Of a stretch of 64,000 bases of DNA, positions 16,121-24,106 are shown piece after piece. The position numbers were made by a program, and so were the translations under genes. The DNA comes from a virus. Each line of letters begins with the position of its first letter. Position 1 is the first letter of the stretch. The notes below the pieces were generated by a model. It worked only from the letters and a program-made list of their open reading frames with translations, was not told the DNA's origin and did no database searches. Location: positions 1-64,000 of IMG/VR virus record IMGVR_UViG_3300045988_012220; one strand, 5' to 3'.

Positions 16121-16497
16121 TTGTGTACAAATTTAATTTTATAACGAACAATAGATGTAATCACACCGTTTCTTAATCTAATACCAAGTGTTGGCTCAAT
16201 AGAGAATTGCTTGCACGTATTGATGTAATCAACAACACTCTTTGAGATTGGGATAATCTCTGAGAATCCTGCTGACTTATCAACATATACAGCCATATAC
16301 TTAACGGTTTTACCGTTAGAACTAGGTCGTTGCACTATTTGTTTAATACATTCAACCTTACAAACCATAGTGTCAATCGCTGCTTTTTGCTGCGCATGAC
16401 ACTTCGATGTCATGAGTAATAACATTACTATTATGACAATTGCTATCAATGGGCCAGGATTATATTTATCCGGCTTCTCGTATAATTTTACAGCCAT
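16117..16497 (-). CDS. hypothetical protein with N-terminal TM/signal segment
   Basis: ORF track frame. Start moved to the ATG at 16497 (MAVKLYEKPDKYNPGPLIAIVIIVMLLLM...), just after the upstream TAA at 16499. Confidence 0.6.
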   Translation of the reverse strand: MAVKLYEKPDKYNPGPLIAIVIIVMLLLMTSKCHAQQKAAIDTMVCKVECIKQIVQRPSSNGKTVKYMAVYVDKSAGFSEIIPISKSVVDYINTCKQFSIEPTLGIRLRNGVITSIVRYKIKFVHK

Positions 16498-16498
16498 A

Positions 16499-16900
16499 TT
16501 ACATACCGCTAGTGATTCTACAAATACATCCTGCAGATTCGAGAGCATTTCTAACATTGTTAATGAAATCAAGATCAACAGATGAAGCCACTAATATATT
16601 ATGCTTATCATCTACAGCTCTATCCACAATAGCTTTTGCTTCTCTTAAAGAAATATTCATCTGTTTTGACAATGCACTCACGGTACTTAATTTATTATTA
16701 TCTTCTACTTTATCTAAATATAGATAATTGATCGATTGTGCCGGAATACCATTAGCCTCTTTGTTGGCTGCTGCTTCTTCCATCTCCATAGATGATACAA
16801 CTGCTAACAACAAGTTAACATTAGATCTCATCTCTTTTGTGCTTGAACACTCTGACTGGATCTTGATCTTTCCATCGTTCTGGATAGTAACATTCAACAT
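16499..16900 (-). CDS. hypothetical protein
   Basis: ORF track, 133 aa. Confidence 0.7.
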   Translation of the reverse strand: MLNVTIQNDGKIKIQSECSSTKEMRSNVNLLLAVVSSMEMEEAAANKEANGIPAQSINYLYLDKVEDNNKLSTVSALSKQMNISLREAKAIVDRAVDDKHNILVASSVDLDFINNVRNALESAGCICRITSGM

Positions 16901-16901
16901 A

Positions 16902-17159
16902 TTAATGAATCGTTAAGAATTTGACACTTGTCTTGCCAGCTCCTGGAACATTTGAATGCTTGTTATTAATATAACTGCTCAAAGTGTTTTCAAGAGACTT
17001 AGCATTGACCTTGCTTAACCCAGAAGAGAGGATCATTGTAGATCCTCCCTCTTTAGCAACTACCTTGTAGTTAAGATATTCAGCATCAGGTTTCCCTTTT
17101 GCTGACTGTGGCTTAACTGCTTGGTTATGCGTCTTCGTGATTTTCTTCTTCTGATTCAT
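16902..17159 (-). CDS. hypothetical basic protein
   Basis: ORF track frame. The likely start is the internal ATG at 17159 (MNQKKKITKTHNQ...). Overlaps the end of 17125..17544 by 35 nt. Confidence 0.5.
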   Translation of the reverse strand: MNQKKKITKTHNQAVKPQSAKGKPDAEYLNYKVVAKEGGSTMILSSGLSKVNAKSLENTLSSYINNKHSNVPGAGKTSVKFLTIH

Positions 17160-17544
17160 TGCACAAATGAATGAATGGTTTGCAATCCAGGCCGATGTTC
17201 TTGATGCATTCAGGCTCACTGAGTCTGTCCTCTACAATCTCGCTGATAGCAGCAGCGATATGTACAAGGTGTGTCAGATGGGTAATACCATTAAACGCAC
17301 CGCCGACCTCAACGGTTACATTAATGCTCTGCTCATCAGTCTCCTTGTTCTTTGTAACACTGATAGATGTCAAGATAGGAACAAGCTTTTTGAACTTGTT
17401 CTCAATATAACCTGGAGAATCCAAGTCAACGTTATCAGGAGACAATGTGCGAGACACTGTTACAATTGTCTTGCTACCATCAGCATAAATTGCTGATTCA
17501 AACTTTGGGTAATCTTTGCCCATCAATTTCTCTAAAATGTTCAT
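17125..17544 (-). CDS. hypothetical protein
   Basis: ORF track, 139 aa. TTTGATAAT-type leader. Confidence 0.7.
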   Translation of the reverse strand: MNILEKLMGKDYPKFESAIYADGSKTIVTVSRTLSPDNVDLDSPGYIENKFKKLVPILTSISVTKNKETDEQSINVTVEVGGAFNGITHLTHLVHIAAAISEIVEDRLSEPECIKNIGLDCKPFIHLCNESEEENHEDA

Positions 17545-17687
17545 AATTTTGATAATTTAAACATTATTTACTTGTATAGGACTACTCCTCACCTATACTT
17601 GAGCTTTGTGTTCCATCTGTAATTCGGTTTCCCTTTGGAGGCTTTGGACTCCCTACGGCTACATTAAACACTTAGGGTTGATGCAAC

Positions 17688-17921
17688 TCAACCCTTATGT
17701 TTTACTAGTTTGAAATAATAACCTTGTAGATTATCTTGCAAATTACTATGCAATATACAATGGTCGCAATATTTTCTTACTTGGTACAAATCTAGATCGC
17801 ATACATAACAGTCTGGTAAACCAGATCTATTCTTTGCAATTCTAAATACACAATTACATATTGTAACTAATTGCCCTGGTTTGTATCTCTTACGAGTACC
17901 AGATGTCGTTTGTAATTTCAT
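17688..17921 (-). CDS. small Cys-rich protein
   Basis: ORF track, 77 aa. CNC...CYVC...CDHC pattern suggests zinc binding. Confidence 0.55.
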   Translation of the reverse strand: MKLQTTSGTRKRYKPGQLVTICNCVFRIAKNRSGLPDCYVCDLDLYQVRKYCDHCILHSNLQDNLQGYYFKLVKHKG

Positions 17922-18145
17922 ACTTTACCATGATGTTCTACTTTTAAACATAATACAATAATTGCAATACCAACTGCTATTGCTATAATACCATACAATA
18001 ACAATAATAGTACTACATTCACTTTGAATAATAGATATCCTAATGTCGATATTGTCACAATTATACCTATTGCAGACAATATTAAACCACATCCCAACAT
18101 TGGATCTGGTCCTGGTACACCTGTAACATCAATACTTTCTTCCAT
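17918..18145 (-). CDS. small membrane protein
   Basis: ORF track, 75 aa, two hydrophobic helices. Confidence 0.6.
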   Translation of the reverse strand: MEESIDVTGVPGPDPMLGCGLILSAIGIIVTISTLGYLLFKVNVVLLLLLYGIIAIAVGIAIIVLCLKVEHHGKV

Positions 18146-18438
18146 TATTTGGCTTCCAGCATATCAACTTTGGATTTTGCTTCCAAGTAATCACTACCAT
18201 AGTCTGTAGCAAGATCTGTATCCATAAGATCAAGATCATGCGTACCATCAAGAGAGTCTAAAAGCGTCTCAGTGCATTTATAGTACTGTTCGTACGCTTC
18301 AATCTTTTTCTCTGCTTTTTTGCCCTTACCTGTATGGTAATTCGACATAAAGCAGGCACCAACAAAACAACCTAATACAGCTCCTACTAATAAGAGATTA
18401 AGATTGTCCATAAAACTGTGTACTTTATTCTTTTCCAT
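18145..18438 (-). CDS. small membrane-anchored protein
   Basis: ORF track, 97 aa, one TM segment. Confidence 0.65.
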   Translation of the reverse strand: MEKNKVHSFMDNLNLLLVGAVLGCFVGACFMSNYHTGKGKKAEKKIEAYEQYYKCTETLLDSLDGTHDLDLMDTDLATDYGSDYLEAKSKVDMLEAK

Positions 18439-18471
18439 ATATATAGTTATTGATTAATATACATAATAAAA

Positions 18472-18497
18472 CGTGCCTATCTTCACAGACCAGCACG
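18472..18497. repeat. conserved-loop hairpin, family 2 (15-mer CTATCTTCACAGACC), copy a
   Basis: CGTGC-CTATCTTCACAGACCA-GCACG. Lies about 35 nt upstream (minus sense) of the ATG at 18438. Confidence 0.55.
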
Positions 18498-18997
18498 CTG
18501 AGCATCAAATAAACTTATGTCACTAATTTTAGAAGATGCAATAAAATTGGGTGAGTAAAAACAGTTGAAGTGGTTACTGGACTCGAACCGTCGCTATTTT
18601 GCGCTTTATATAGCCAAGTACAATATCCATATAATGCATTTGTACATAGTATACCCTCTTGCTTCAGCAAGTGTATAATAACCACTATCCGTCTCTCCGG
18701 ATTGTCATAGAGATTAGGTCTACATTTGACAGTTTGCACCTTTTGCAAATAGGCTGTAGTTACCATATCTCAGTTTTACATGTAAACCCATTAATACGGA
18801 CTTTTGGCCTAGGTCTCCGCTAACCTACTTTACCCTCTGTGTACCACAATCGACAATCTAATAGCTTTGCAAGTGCTATTAGCACGTGTTGTAGTGTGTG
18901 GGCTTGGGACCACGAATGCCACATTACTGTCTACGATTTATCACGTTAGCGTAGACGCTCCGTCATCCTAGTTTATATACCGCATGAGATAACGGTT

Positions 18998-19029
18998 AAA
19001 CACAACTATCTTCACAGACCATTATGTTT
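18998..19029. repeat. conserved-loop hairpin, family 2, copy b
   Basis: AAACACAA-CTATCTTCACAGACC-(A)TTATGTTT. 7 bp plus one mismatch. Confidence 0.5.
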
Positions 19030-19107
19030 TAGGGTTCAAAAGAATCTATTTCCGAGTAATGAATCAGACTACACATTGATGCAAGTGTAGTTTCGTCTAG
19101 GTCTCAT

Positions 19108-19276
19108 CAGTGACTATATTATACACTCCCTAGCTGTGTTTAAAATGCCTGTCTTTCCAGGCTGCCAGTTGTTTATCCAACAGTCAACACTTATGGGACG
19201 ACTTACTGCCCACTATCAGCTAACTATATCTTATATGCATCAGTTGTATCGCTCATTTCTTCGAGTCGGGCTGATT
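19108..19276 (-). ncRNA. group I intron-like core signature (weaker candidate)
   Basis: Minus strand has hairpin GGGCAGTAAGTCGTCCC (compare the MCP intron CCC..TTTAAGTCGTGGG), R-like GTGTTGACTGTTGG and S-like TAATATAGTCACTG, with TGACTG/TAGTCA pairing. The element order differs from the MCP intron. Confidence 0.3.
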
Positions 19277-19331
19277 GTTCATACGTACACTACATATAGT
19301 TATCTCGTCTTAATTTGTCTTACATTAAAAG

Positions 19332-19361
19332 CATACCACTATCTTCACAGACCGTGATATG
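19332..19361. repeat. conserved-loop hairpin, family 2, copy c
   Basis: CATACCA-CTATCTTCACAGACC-(G)TGATATG. 6 bp plus one mismatch. Confidence 0.5.
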
Positions 19362-19464
19362 TATAAACTTATTGTTGTTACACTTAACAACTACAACCTA
19401 CATTCACTAAAAACCTGACATTTACATTTATATGGAACCTTACGTCTTTATTTGTCTTTCCAAA

Positions 19465-19707
19465 TTAGAATGGCAACATTCTCTCAATAAACTGACTATT
19501 ATCAAAATACTTGTCGTATACTCCGAATGACACATTTCGTGAATCATGCTCATCTAGAGCGTTTATGAATGCACGCACAAGAAAATTAACGCGTGACTCA
19601 TTCTCACGATACCTATCAATTTTATCGATTACCTCAATAACTGAGCAATCAGCCATATAATGCTGCATAGCGTACAGCATAATAGCCACAAAACAGAATC
19701 TATCCAT
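19465..19707 (-). CDS. hypothetical protein
   Basis: ORF track, 80 aa. Confidence 0.6.
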   Translation of the reverse strand: MDRFCFVAIMLYAMQHYMADCSVIEVIDKIDRYRENESRVNFLVRAFINALDEHDSRNVSFGVYDKYFDNSQFIERMLPF

Positions 19708-19761
19708 ATTAATTATTATTTTTTACGCGTACTATAACAATTTCGCTATATTGGTCCCAAG

Positions 19762-19789
19762 CACAAAGTCTCCCTAAGGAGACAATGTG
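19762..19789 (-). terminator. conserved hairpin CUCC-UUAG-GGAG with internal U.U mismatches (terminator or processing element)
   Basis: Minus strand CACATTGTCTCC-TTAG-GGAGACTTTGTG, directly after the stop of 19791..20534. Same design as 21312..21339. Confidence 0.45.
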
Positions 19790-19790
19790 T

Positions 19791-20534
19791 TTAGTACGCT
19801 GGAGCGCCTGTTGGTGCGCCTGGAGCACCTGGAGCTGGAGGAACTGGCGATGCTGCCATACCTGGCTGAGCTACATTAGGCTGAGCTGGAGCAGGCTGCT
19901 GTGCTGTAGGCTGCTGACTACTTCCCATCAGTGATGTTGGGTCAAATGCAGGCTGCTGTGTAGTTGTTCCTTCAACAGGGTTGCGGAAGAATCTCTGCTC
20001 CATACGAGCACCTTGTGCATTCTTGCTATATGGCTCAATGTAGTGAGTAACTCCGTTAGCATCAATGAAATCAATCTGTACAAAGACTGAGATGCTGCTG
20101 CGAATTACAGGCTGATTGTTACCATCAACAGTTGGAGTTCCGTCAACGTTGTTTGCATAGCACGGTCCTTTAGCGAACTCGTATTCCTCAAAGCATCCAC
20201 CAGGAAACTCGAGCAACTGACCCCAAGTATCTGGGTCTTGTGCGAACTCTGGTCCAGCTTTGAAGTTTGCAAGGTTGACATCAAATCCTCCCTGATGATT
20301 AGGGTCGGTTGATGGAGTAGCATACTTCTGGAGAACAGTGAAGATATCTGGACTTAAATCATCGTCAAACAGGATGACGTTCTGCTTCTTGCCCAAGAGA
20401 GACTTCTTGTTCTTCATACCAATTACCAAGAATTTACTAATTTTGCCGTCTCTGTTCGCTTTCTTGGCTTGACCGATAGAGAGACTAATTGTACGAAATG
20501 CGCCAATTGCGCTACCTGGAATAATTGTATTCAT
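19791..20534 (-). CDS. hypothetical protein with Gln/Pro/Ala-rich disordered C-terminus
   Basis: ORF track, 247 aa. The last ~55 residues are QQPTAQQPAPAQPNVAQPGMAASPVPPAPGAPGAPTGAPAY. Confidence 0.8.
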   Translation of the reverse strand: MNTIIPGSAIGAFRTISLSIGQAKKANRDGKISKFLVIGMKNKKSLLGKKQNVILFDDDLSPDIFTVLQKYATPSTDPNHQGGFDVNLANFKAGPEFAQDPDTWGQLLEFPGGCFEEYEFAKGPCYANNVDGTPTVDGNNQPVIRSSISVFVQIDFIDANGVTHYIEPYSKNAQGARMEQRFFRNPVEGTTTQQPAFDPTSLMGSSQQPTAQQPAPAQPNVAQPGMAASPVPPAPGAPGAPTGAPAY

Positions 20535-20610
20535 AATACTGCAGTTTTAGATACCTAAAACATTACGCTTGCTACGCAACGCTCCAAGTAATTGTTATTT
20601 ACGCTATATA

Positions 20611-20691
20611 TTAACGAGGCATAAACAAAAGATATTGAGTAAAAGGAGCAATAGTGTATCGGGAGAGATAGTCACACTCATCTATACACAT
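20611..20691 (-). CDS. tiny ORF (26 aa) placed 43 nt downstream of promoter-like motif copy 1
   Basis: MCIDECDYLSRYTIAPFTQYLLFMPR. Supported only by having the same spacing to the motif as the other four motif-gene pairs. Confidence 0.25.
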   Translation of the reverse strand: MCIDECDYLSRYTIAPFTQYLLFMPR

Positions 20692-20733
20692 TGTCCTCAA
20701 TTCTCAACTTAATTTGTTTAATCTCGTCTTTTA

Positions 20734-20759
20734 GGAGAATTTGTTTATTAGTTGCTAAG
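20734..20759 (-). promoter_or_regulatory. repeated promoter-like motif, copy 1
   Basis: Plus strand GGAGAATTTGTTTATTAGTTGCTAAG. Minus-strand consensus CTTAGCAnCTAATAAAyAnnTTCTCC. Confidence 0.5.
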
Positions 20760-20805
20760 CAAGAGTGTGTATTGAGCAAGAGTGTGAATTGTGGGAGGAA
20801 GGAGT

Positions 20806-20997
20806 TTATTTCAACTCCCTCCATAGTCCTACTAGTCCTAATATTGCCAGAAATAAAAAGACTGTCAATCTTATTACGTCCAGCATTACATCTCCTACAG
20901 GCATATCATACTTTACAAGTATATATGCTTCACATAATGCCATAATGACACTTACTATAAGCGCTGCTGCCCAATTAATAATTTGACTATCATTCAT
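20806..20997 (-). CDS. small membrane protein
   Basis: ORF track, 63 aa, two hydrophobic segments. Confidence 0.6.
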   Translation of the reverse strand: MNDSQIINWAAALIVSVIMALCEAYILVKYDMPVGDVMLDVIRLTVFLFLAILGLVGLWRELK

Positions 20998-21038
20998 ATT
21001 CTACTTACTAATTAGTTAATATTGATTATCGTTAGTAA

Positions 21039-21064
21039 GGAGCAGATGTTTATTAGTTGCTAAG
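21039..21064 (-). promoter_or_regulatory. repeated promoter-like motif, copy 2
   Basis: GGAGCAGATGTTTATTAGTTGCTAAG, 42 nt upstream of the ATG at 20997. Confidence 0.5.
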
Positions 21065-21311
21065 GGAGAATGTGAATGCCCCAAGTACAACGTGTACAAC
21101 AGTATGCCCTCAGACGCATTCTAAGGCACCCACAGCGCGTTCTAATAGCTTACCTGGACAATTCCCAGCGTGTACTAAGATCGTGTCTTAGAGAGCGATT
21201 ATAAGATTAATCGAGAGATAGCCCGAGTCATATGACCACAATATCTGTAGTTCATAGTATTCTCTACTATCTCTCTCGAATGGAAGAAGAATTTATTTCT
21301 TAGATGTTAAG

Positions 21312-21339
21312 CTAACAAGCTCCCTAAGGAGCAAGTTAG
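21312..21339 (-). terminator. conserved hairpin CUCC-UUAG-GGAG (second copy)
   Basis: Minus strand CTAACTTGCTCC-TTAG-GGAGCTTGTTAG, overlapping the stop codon of 21336..21596. The outer stem co-varies with the copy at 19762. Confidence 0.45.
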
Positions 21340-21596
21340 TCTGATATCATACGAGCTGGAATGCGGATTTTCTTCTTACGAACTACACTATTAGTTCTCT
21401 GGCACTCTTGTACCCCAATTACGACATACTTATCACCTAACATCATTGAAAGTGTTGATGATTTAATGTCACTTCCAAATGGATTGTGATACTTACTAAG
21501 TATATTGACAGCTTGTATGAATGAGTCTGTATATACTTTGACTACATAATCACCATTTGTACCACTATGCTTTTCTATGATTTCATACTTTTTCAT
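21336..21596 (-). CDS. hypothetical protein
   Basis: ORF track frame 21336..21632. Start moved to the ATG at 21596 (MKKYEIIEKHSG...), because the longer version runs into the hairpin at 21624-21642. Confidence 0.6.
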   Translation of the reverse strand: MKKYEIIEKHSGTNGDYVVKVYTDSFIQAVNILSKYHNPFGSDIKSSTLSMMLGDKYVVIGVQECQRTNSVVRKKKIRIPARMISD

Positions 21597-21623
21597 AATA
21601 ATTGTGTTATTGGTTAAACATAA

Positions 21624-21642
21624 GGGCAGCAATAAGCTGCCC
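21624..21642 (-). terminator. intergenic hairpin GGGCAGC-loop-GCTGCCC
   Basis: Perfect 7-bp GC-rich stem between the stop at 21651 and the start at 21596. Confidence 0.45.
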
Positions 21643-21650
21643 TATATAAC

Positions 21651-21797
21651 TTAGATAAGCTTTGCGACACGGTATTCTCCTCCGTCACGCAACTTGCACA
21701 AATCGGCATATTGTCTTGCTTTGTCCTCATCATCAAATGATGCATCAACAACCGGACTCATAATCTTGTAACTCTTGATAACTAAAAACTCTTTCAT
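21651..21797 (-). CDS. small protein (48 aa)
   Basis: Own translation: MKEFLVIKSYKIMSPVVDASFDDEDKARQYADLCKLRDGGEYRVAKLI. Below the ORF-track cut-off. Confidence 0.45.
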   Translation of the reverse strand: MKEFLVIKSYKIMSPVVDASFDDEDKARQYADLCKLRDGGEYRVAKLI

Positions 21798-21866
21798 AAC
21801 TGTAAATATTTATTGATTAAACATTGTTGATTAACAAACTTTCTAAGTTTGTTGTGTCATCTGTAT

Positions 21867-21892
21867 GGAGAACTTATTTATTAGATGCTAAG
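21867..21892 (-). promoter_or_regulatory. repeated promoter-like motif, copy 3
   Basis: GGAGAACTTATTTATTAGATGCTAAG, 70 nt upstream of the ATG at 21797. Confidence 0.5.
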
Positions 21893-21909
21893 AGGCTAAG
21901 AGCCAGGCA

Positions 21910-22098
21910 TTAAGCCTGACCATTAGTCTCTGGAATAATAACTTGCTCTTGGAAGAAGTGAACTGTGCAGTCCTTGTTGGCTGCTATCCAAGGTATCATA
22001 ACTGCCATCATATCTTCCATACTTGCATACTGTGGGCTTGCTACCCAATAGTTCTTTCCCTGCTTAATAGAGCAGCGATAAACAGTCTTTGTGTTCAT
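21910..22098 (-). CDS. hypothetical protein
   Basis: ORF track, 62 aa. Confidence 0.55.
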   Translation of the reverse strand: MNTKTVYRCSIKQGKNYWVASPQYASMEDMMAVMIPWIAANKDCTVHFFQEQVIIPETNGQA

Positions 22099-22141
22099 AA
22101 TTGTATATGTTTAAATTGTTATTAATATTATCATCACGAAT

Positions 22142-22166
22142 GAGAATGTGTTTGTTAGTTGTTTAG
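22142..22166 (-). promoter_or_regulatory. repeated promoter-like motif, copy 4 (diverged)
   Basis: GAGAATGTGTTTGTTAGTTGTTTAG, 44 nt upstream of the ATG at 22098. Confidence 0.4.
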
Positions 22167-22183
22167 CTAAATGGGAGCAAGGC

Positions 22184-22375
22184 TTATAAAGCCCTGCAAT
22201 CCCACGCACCGTACGCCATACAACCAAGCAATACATCCCACACTGCGCAAAGGAGGATACGATCACTCATAGTGAGTAACATTGTTGGTGAATATGACGC
22301 AATAAGAAATACATTGATAGCGATAGCAAAAGCAATGATAGCTATTGCTATAATTGTGCAAAGAGTTCTATTCAT
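22184..22375 (-). CDS. small membrane protein
   Basis: ORF track, 63 aa, hydrophobic. Confidence 0.6.
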   Translation of the reverse strand: MNRTLCTIIAIAIIAFAIAINVFLIASYSPTMLLTMSDRILLCAVWDVLLGCMAYGAWDCRAL

Positions 22376-22410
22376 AATGATTATGTTTTAAATGTTAATA
22401 TCGTTTGAAA

Positions 22411-22437
22411 GGTGTAGATGATTTATTAGATGCTCAG
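22411..22437 (-). promoter_or_regulatory. repeated promoter-like motif, copy 5
   Basis: GGTGTAGATGATTTATTAGATGCTCAG, 36 nt upstream of the ATG at 22375. Confidence 0.45.
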
Positions 22438-22624
22438 AATCTTTGACGGGGGTATTCCGGATCGCGTACTTGGGCGGGGGAGCACTATTACACTGTTTCC
22501 CCTCTTTACGCTCATAAAATAAAAAATTTTGTTTCGAGCTTGCCGAGTATGTTTCTCCTCTTTGCACACACAACACTGTATCAAAAATAAAAAAAATAAA
22601 AATAAAATATTCGGCAAACTCAAT

Positions 22625-22651
22625 AAAAAAGCCGAGGCGTTAACCCCGGCT
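22625..22651 (-). terminator. rho-independent terminator
   Basis: Minus strand GCCGGGG-TTAACG-CCTCGGC followed by TTTTTTATTG, 14 nt after the TAA at 22665. Confidence 0.7.
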
Positions 22652-22664
22652 ATTCTCATGTTTA

Positions 22665-22991
22665 TTATGCAAATTTTGAAGTGTTATTATGCATTTTTAT
22701 CTATCTTTGGAAGTACTATTCAGTTTGTTTTTGATTACATTCAACTTTGTCTGGCTCAGTATCAGGAGTACACCCATGACCAATAATATCTCCGATTCTA
22801 TCAAGTGTAGTGGATCTATCGGGTTCTGCGAGCTTTATAAACTCAGGTGCTTCCATCATTTTGTATACTCCTCTTTCTTTGTAGAGTATAGCATCTACCC
22901 ATTTCCCAGAAGCTAACTAAAACTGACCAGTACCAATATATATTACTTTTGCATCGCTGTTTTTATTCAATATGAATCTATCGTTCTCCAT
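22665..22991 (-). CDS. hypothetical protein with 3 in-frame TAG (paralog of 23321..23581)
   Basis: Own translation with TAG as sense: MENDRFILNKNSDAKVIYIGTGQF[TAG]LASGKWVDAILYKERGVYKMMEAPEFIKL... It aligns with VGKFKDSTGKWIDAIIYERDNHMYMREVTDFIDKF of the neighbouring gene across the first TAG. Ends at TAA. Confidence 0.6.
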
Positions 22992-22996
22992 GTGCG

Positions 22997-23317
22997 TTAT
23001 TTTTCTAGATTAGCAATCTTTAACCTAATCGACAACAGCTTCTTACTGATATTCTTGTCATTCTTAATCAATTTTCTTGCTACAGTTATGTATTTAATGA
23101 GCTTTGCTACAGGTATTGCAAGCTTTATTCCAATAAGTGAAATAGCGGCCCATAGAGGAAGAATTGTAAAACATACGTACAACAATATCACTGCAAAAGC
23201 TAAATTTAATATCTTTGCTGTAACGCTTTTGGTATTCATGGCTTTGCACACCTTGTCGAATATTTCCTTCTCCTCTTTATTTAATTCATTTCTAATCCCA
23301 GATATATCTACTAACAT
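22997..23317 (-). CDS. membrane protein
   Basis: ORF track, 106 aa, central hydrophobic region. Confidence 0.65.
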   Translation of the reverse strand: MLVDISGIRNELNKEEKEIFDKVCKAMNTKSVTAKILNLAFAVILLYVCFTILPLWAAISLIGIKLAIPVAKLIKYITVARKLIKNDKNISKKLLSIRLKIANLEK

Positions 23318-23320
23318 ATT

Positions 23321-23581
23321 TTAATCTCCTATTTTTAAATCTGCATCGTTATTTGACGATACAACTTTCTTAAACTTATCTATAAAGTCTGTTACTTCTC
23401 TCATGTACATATGGTTATCACGCTCGTATATTATGGCGTCAATCCATTTGCCTGTAGAGTCTTTAAACTTTCCTACCCCTACATAGTTATAGATGTTTTC
23501 TTTATATTCGTATTTCATCTCTTTTATAATGTAATGTAGTATTATTTTCCTTCGTGATATGGTACTGTAAGAAACGCCCAT
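23321..23581 (-). CDS. hypothetical protein (start may be the internal ATG at 23518)
   Basis: ORF track, 86 aa. The paralog alignment begins near MKYEYKENIYNYVG. Confidence 0.6.
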   Translation of the reverse strand: MGVSYSTISRRKIILHYIIKEMKYEYKENIYNYVGVGKFKDSTGKWIDAIIYERDNHMYMREVTDFIDKFKKVVSSNNDADLKIGD

Positions 23582-23600
23582 ATAAACTTTAATATTTTCT

Positions 23601-23867
23601 TTAGAATCTCCACCATCTCGTAGTCTCCTTTTTTAGCTTATTAAGACACTCTTCGTACTTATCCTTCCAGTAGGTTGTACATTCTTCTTGACGTGCTAAC
23701 TGTCTCTGTAACAGTGTTATTTGGGCATCTCTAGCCTCTAAAGCACTTTCGTTACACTCTGTTGGCTTACTATTCTGTACGAGTTTTTCGTAATCTTTTC
23801 TGTCTAGAATTACGTAATCTCTAAGTTGTCTAATCAATTGAACTAAGTCTAATTCCTTCGTCTCCAT
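23601..23867 (-). CDS. hypothetical coiled-coil protein
   Basis: ORF track, 88 aa. Confidence 0.6.
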   Translation of the reverse strand: METKELDLVQLIRQLRDYVILDRKDYEKLVQNSKPTECNESALEARDAQITLLQRQLARQEECTTYWKDKYEECLNKLKKETTRWWRF

Positions 23868-23887
23868 ATATAATATCCAATAATATT

Positions 23888-24106
23888 TTAGTTACTTCCG
23901 GACAATCCGAGAACATCTTTATCATCTATTCTGCTATCCCCGAATACTTCTTTGAATTTGTAGAATTCTCCTTTTTCATCAAGCTGCAGTGCTAATTGTA
24001 GTATCTGTCTCGTTGGTTCTGCTTCTTCCCCTAAGTTCTCTAACTCTTTCAGGAGTATCTGATATGCATCCCTCTGCCCTGGATCCATCTTCTCTTGTCT
24101 CTTCAT
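23888..24106 (-). CDS. hypothetical protein (overlaps the out-of-frame tail of 23979..24377)
   Basis: ORF track, 72 aa. Protein-like sequence MKRQEKMDPGQRDAYQILLKELENLGEE... Confidence 0.5.
   Translation of the reverse strand: MKRQEKMDPGQRDAYQILLKELENLGEEAEPTRQILQLALQLDEKGEFYKFKEVFGDSRIDDKDVLGLSGSN

Noticed and set aside
18560-18600. GGTTCGAGTCC T-loop-like string suggesting a minus-strand tRNA.
   Set aside because: The flanking bases give only 2 T-stem pairs and no complementary acceptor strands. At best it is a decayed fragment. It also overlaps the dubious ORF 18515..18766.
22388-22659. ORFs 22388..22576 and 22426..22659 (minus strand).
   Set aside because: Their composition is driven by long A/T runs and one GC-rich patch. 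They span a rho-independent terminator and promoter-like motif copy 5, so I treat the stretch as regulatory spacer.
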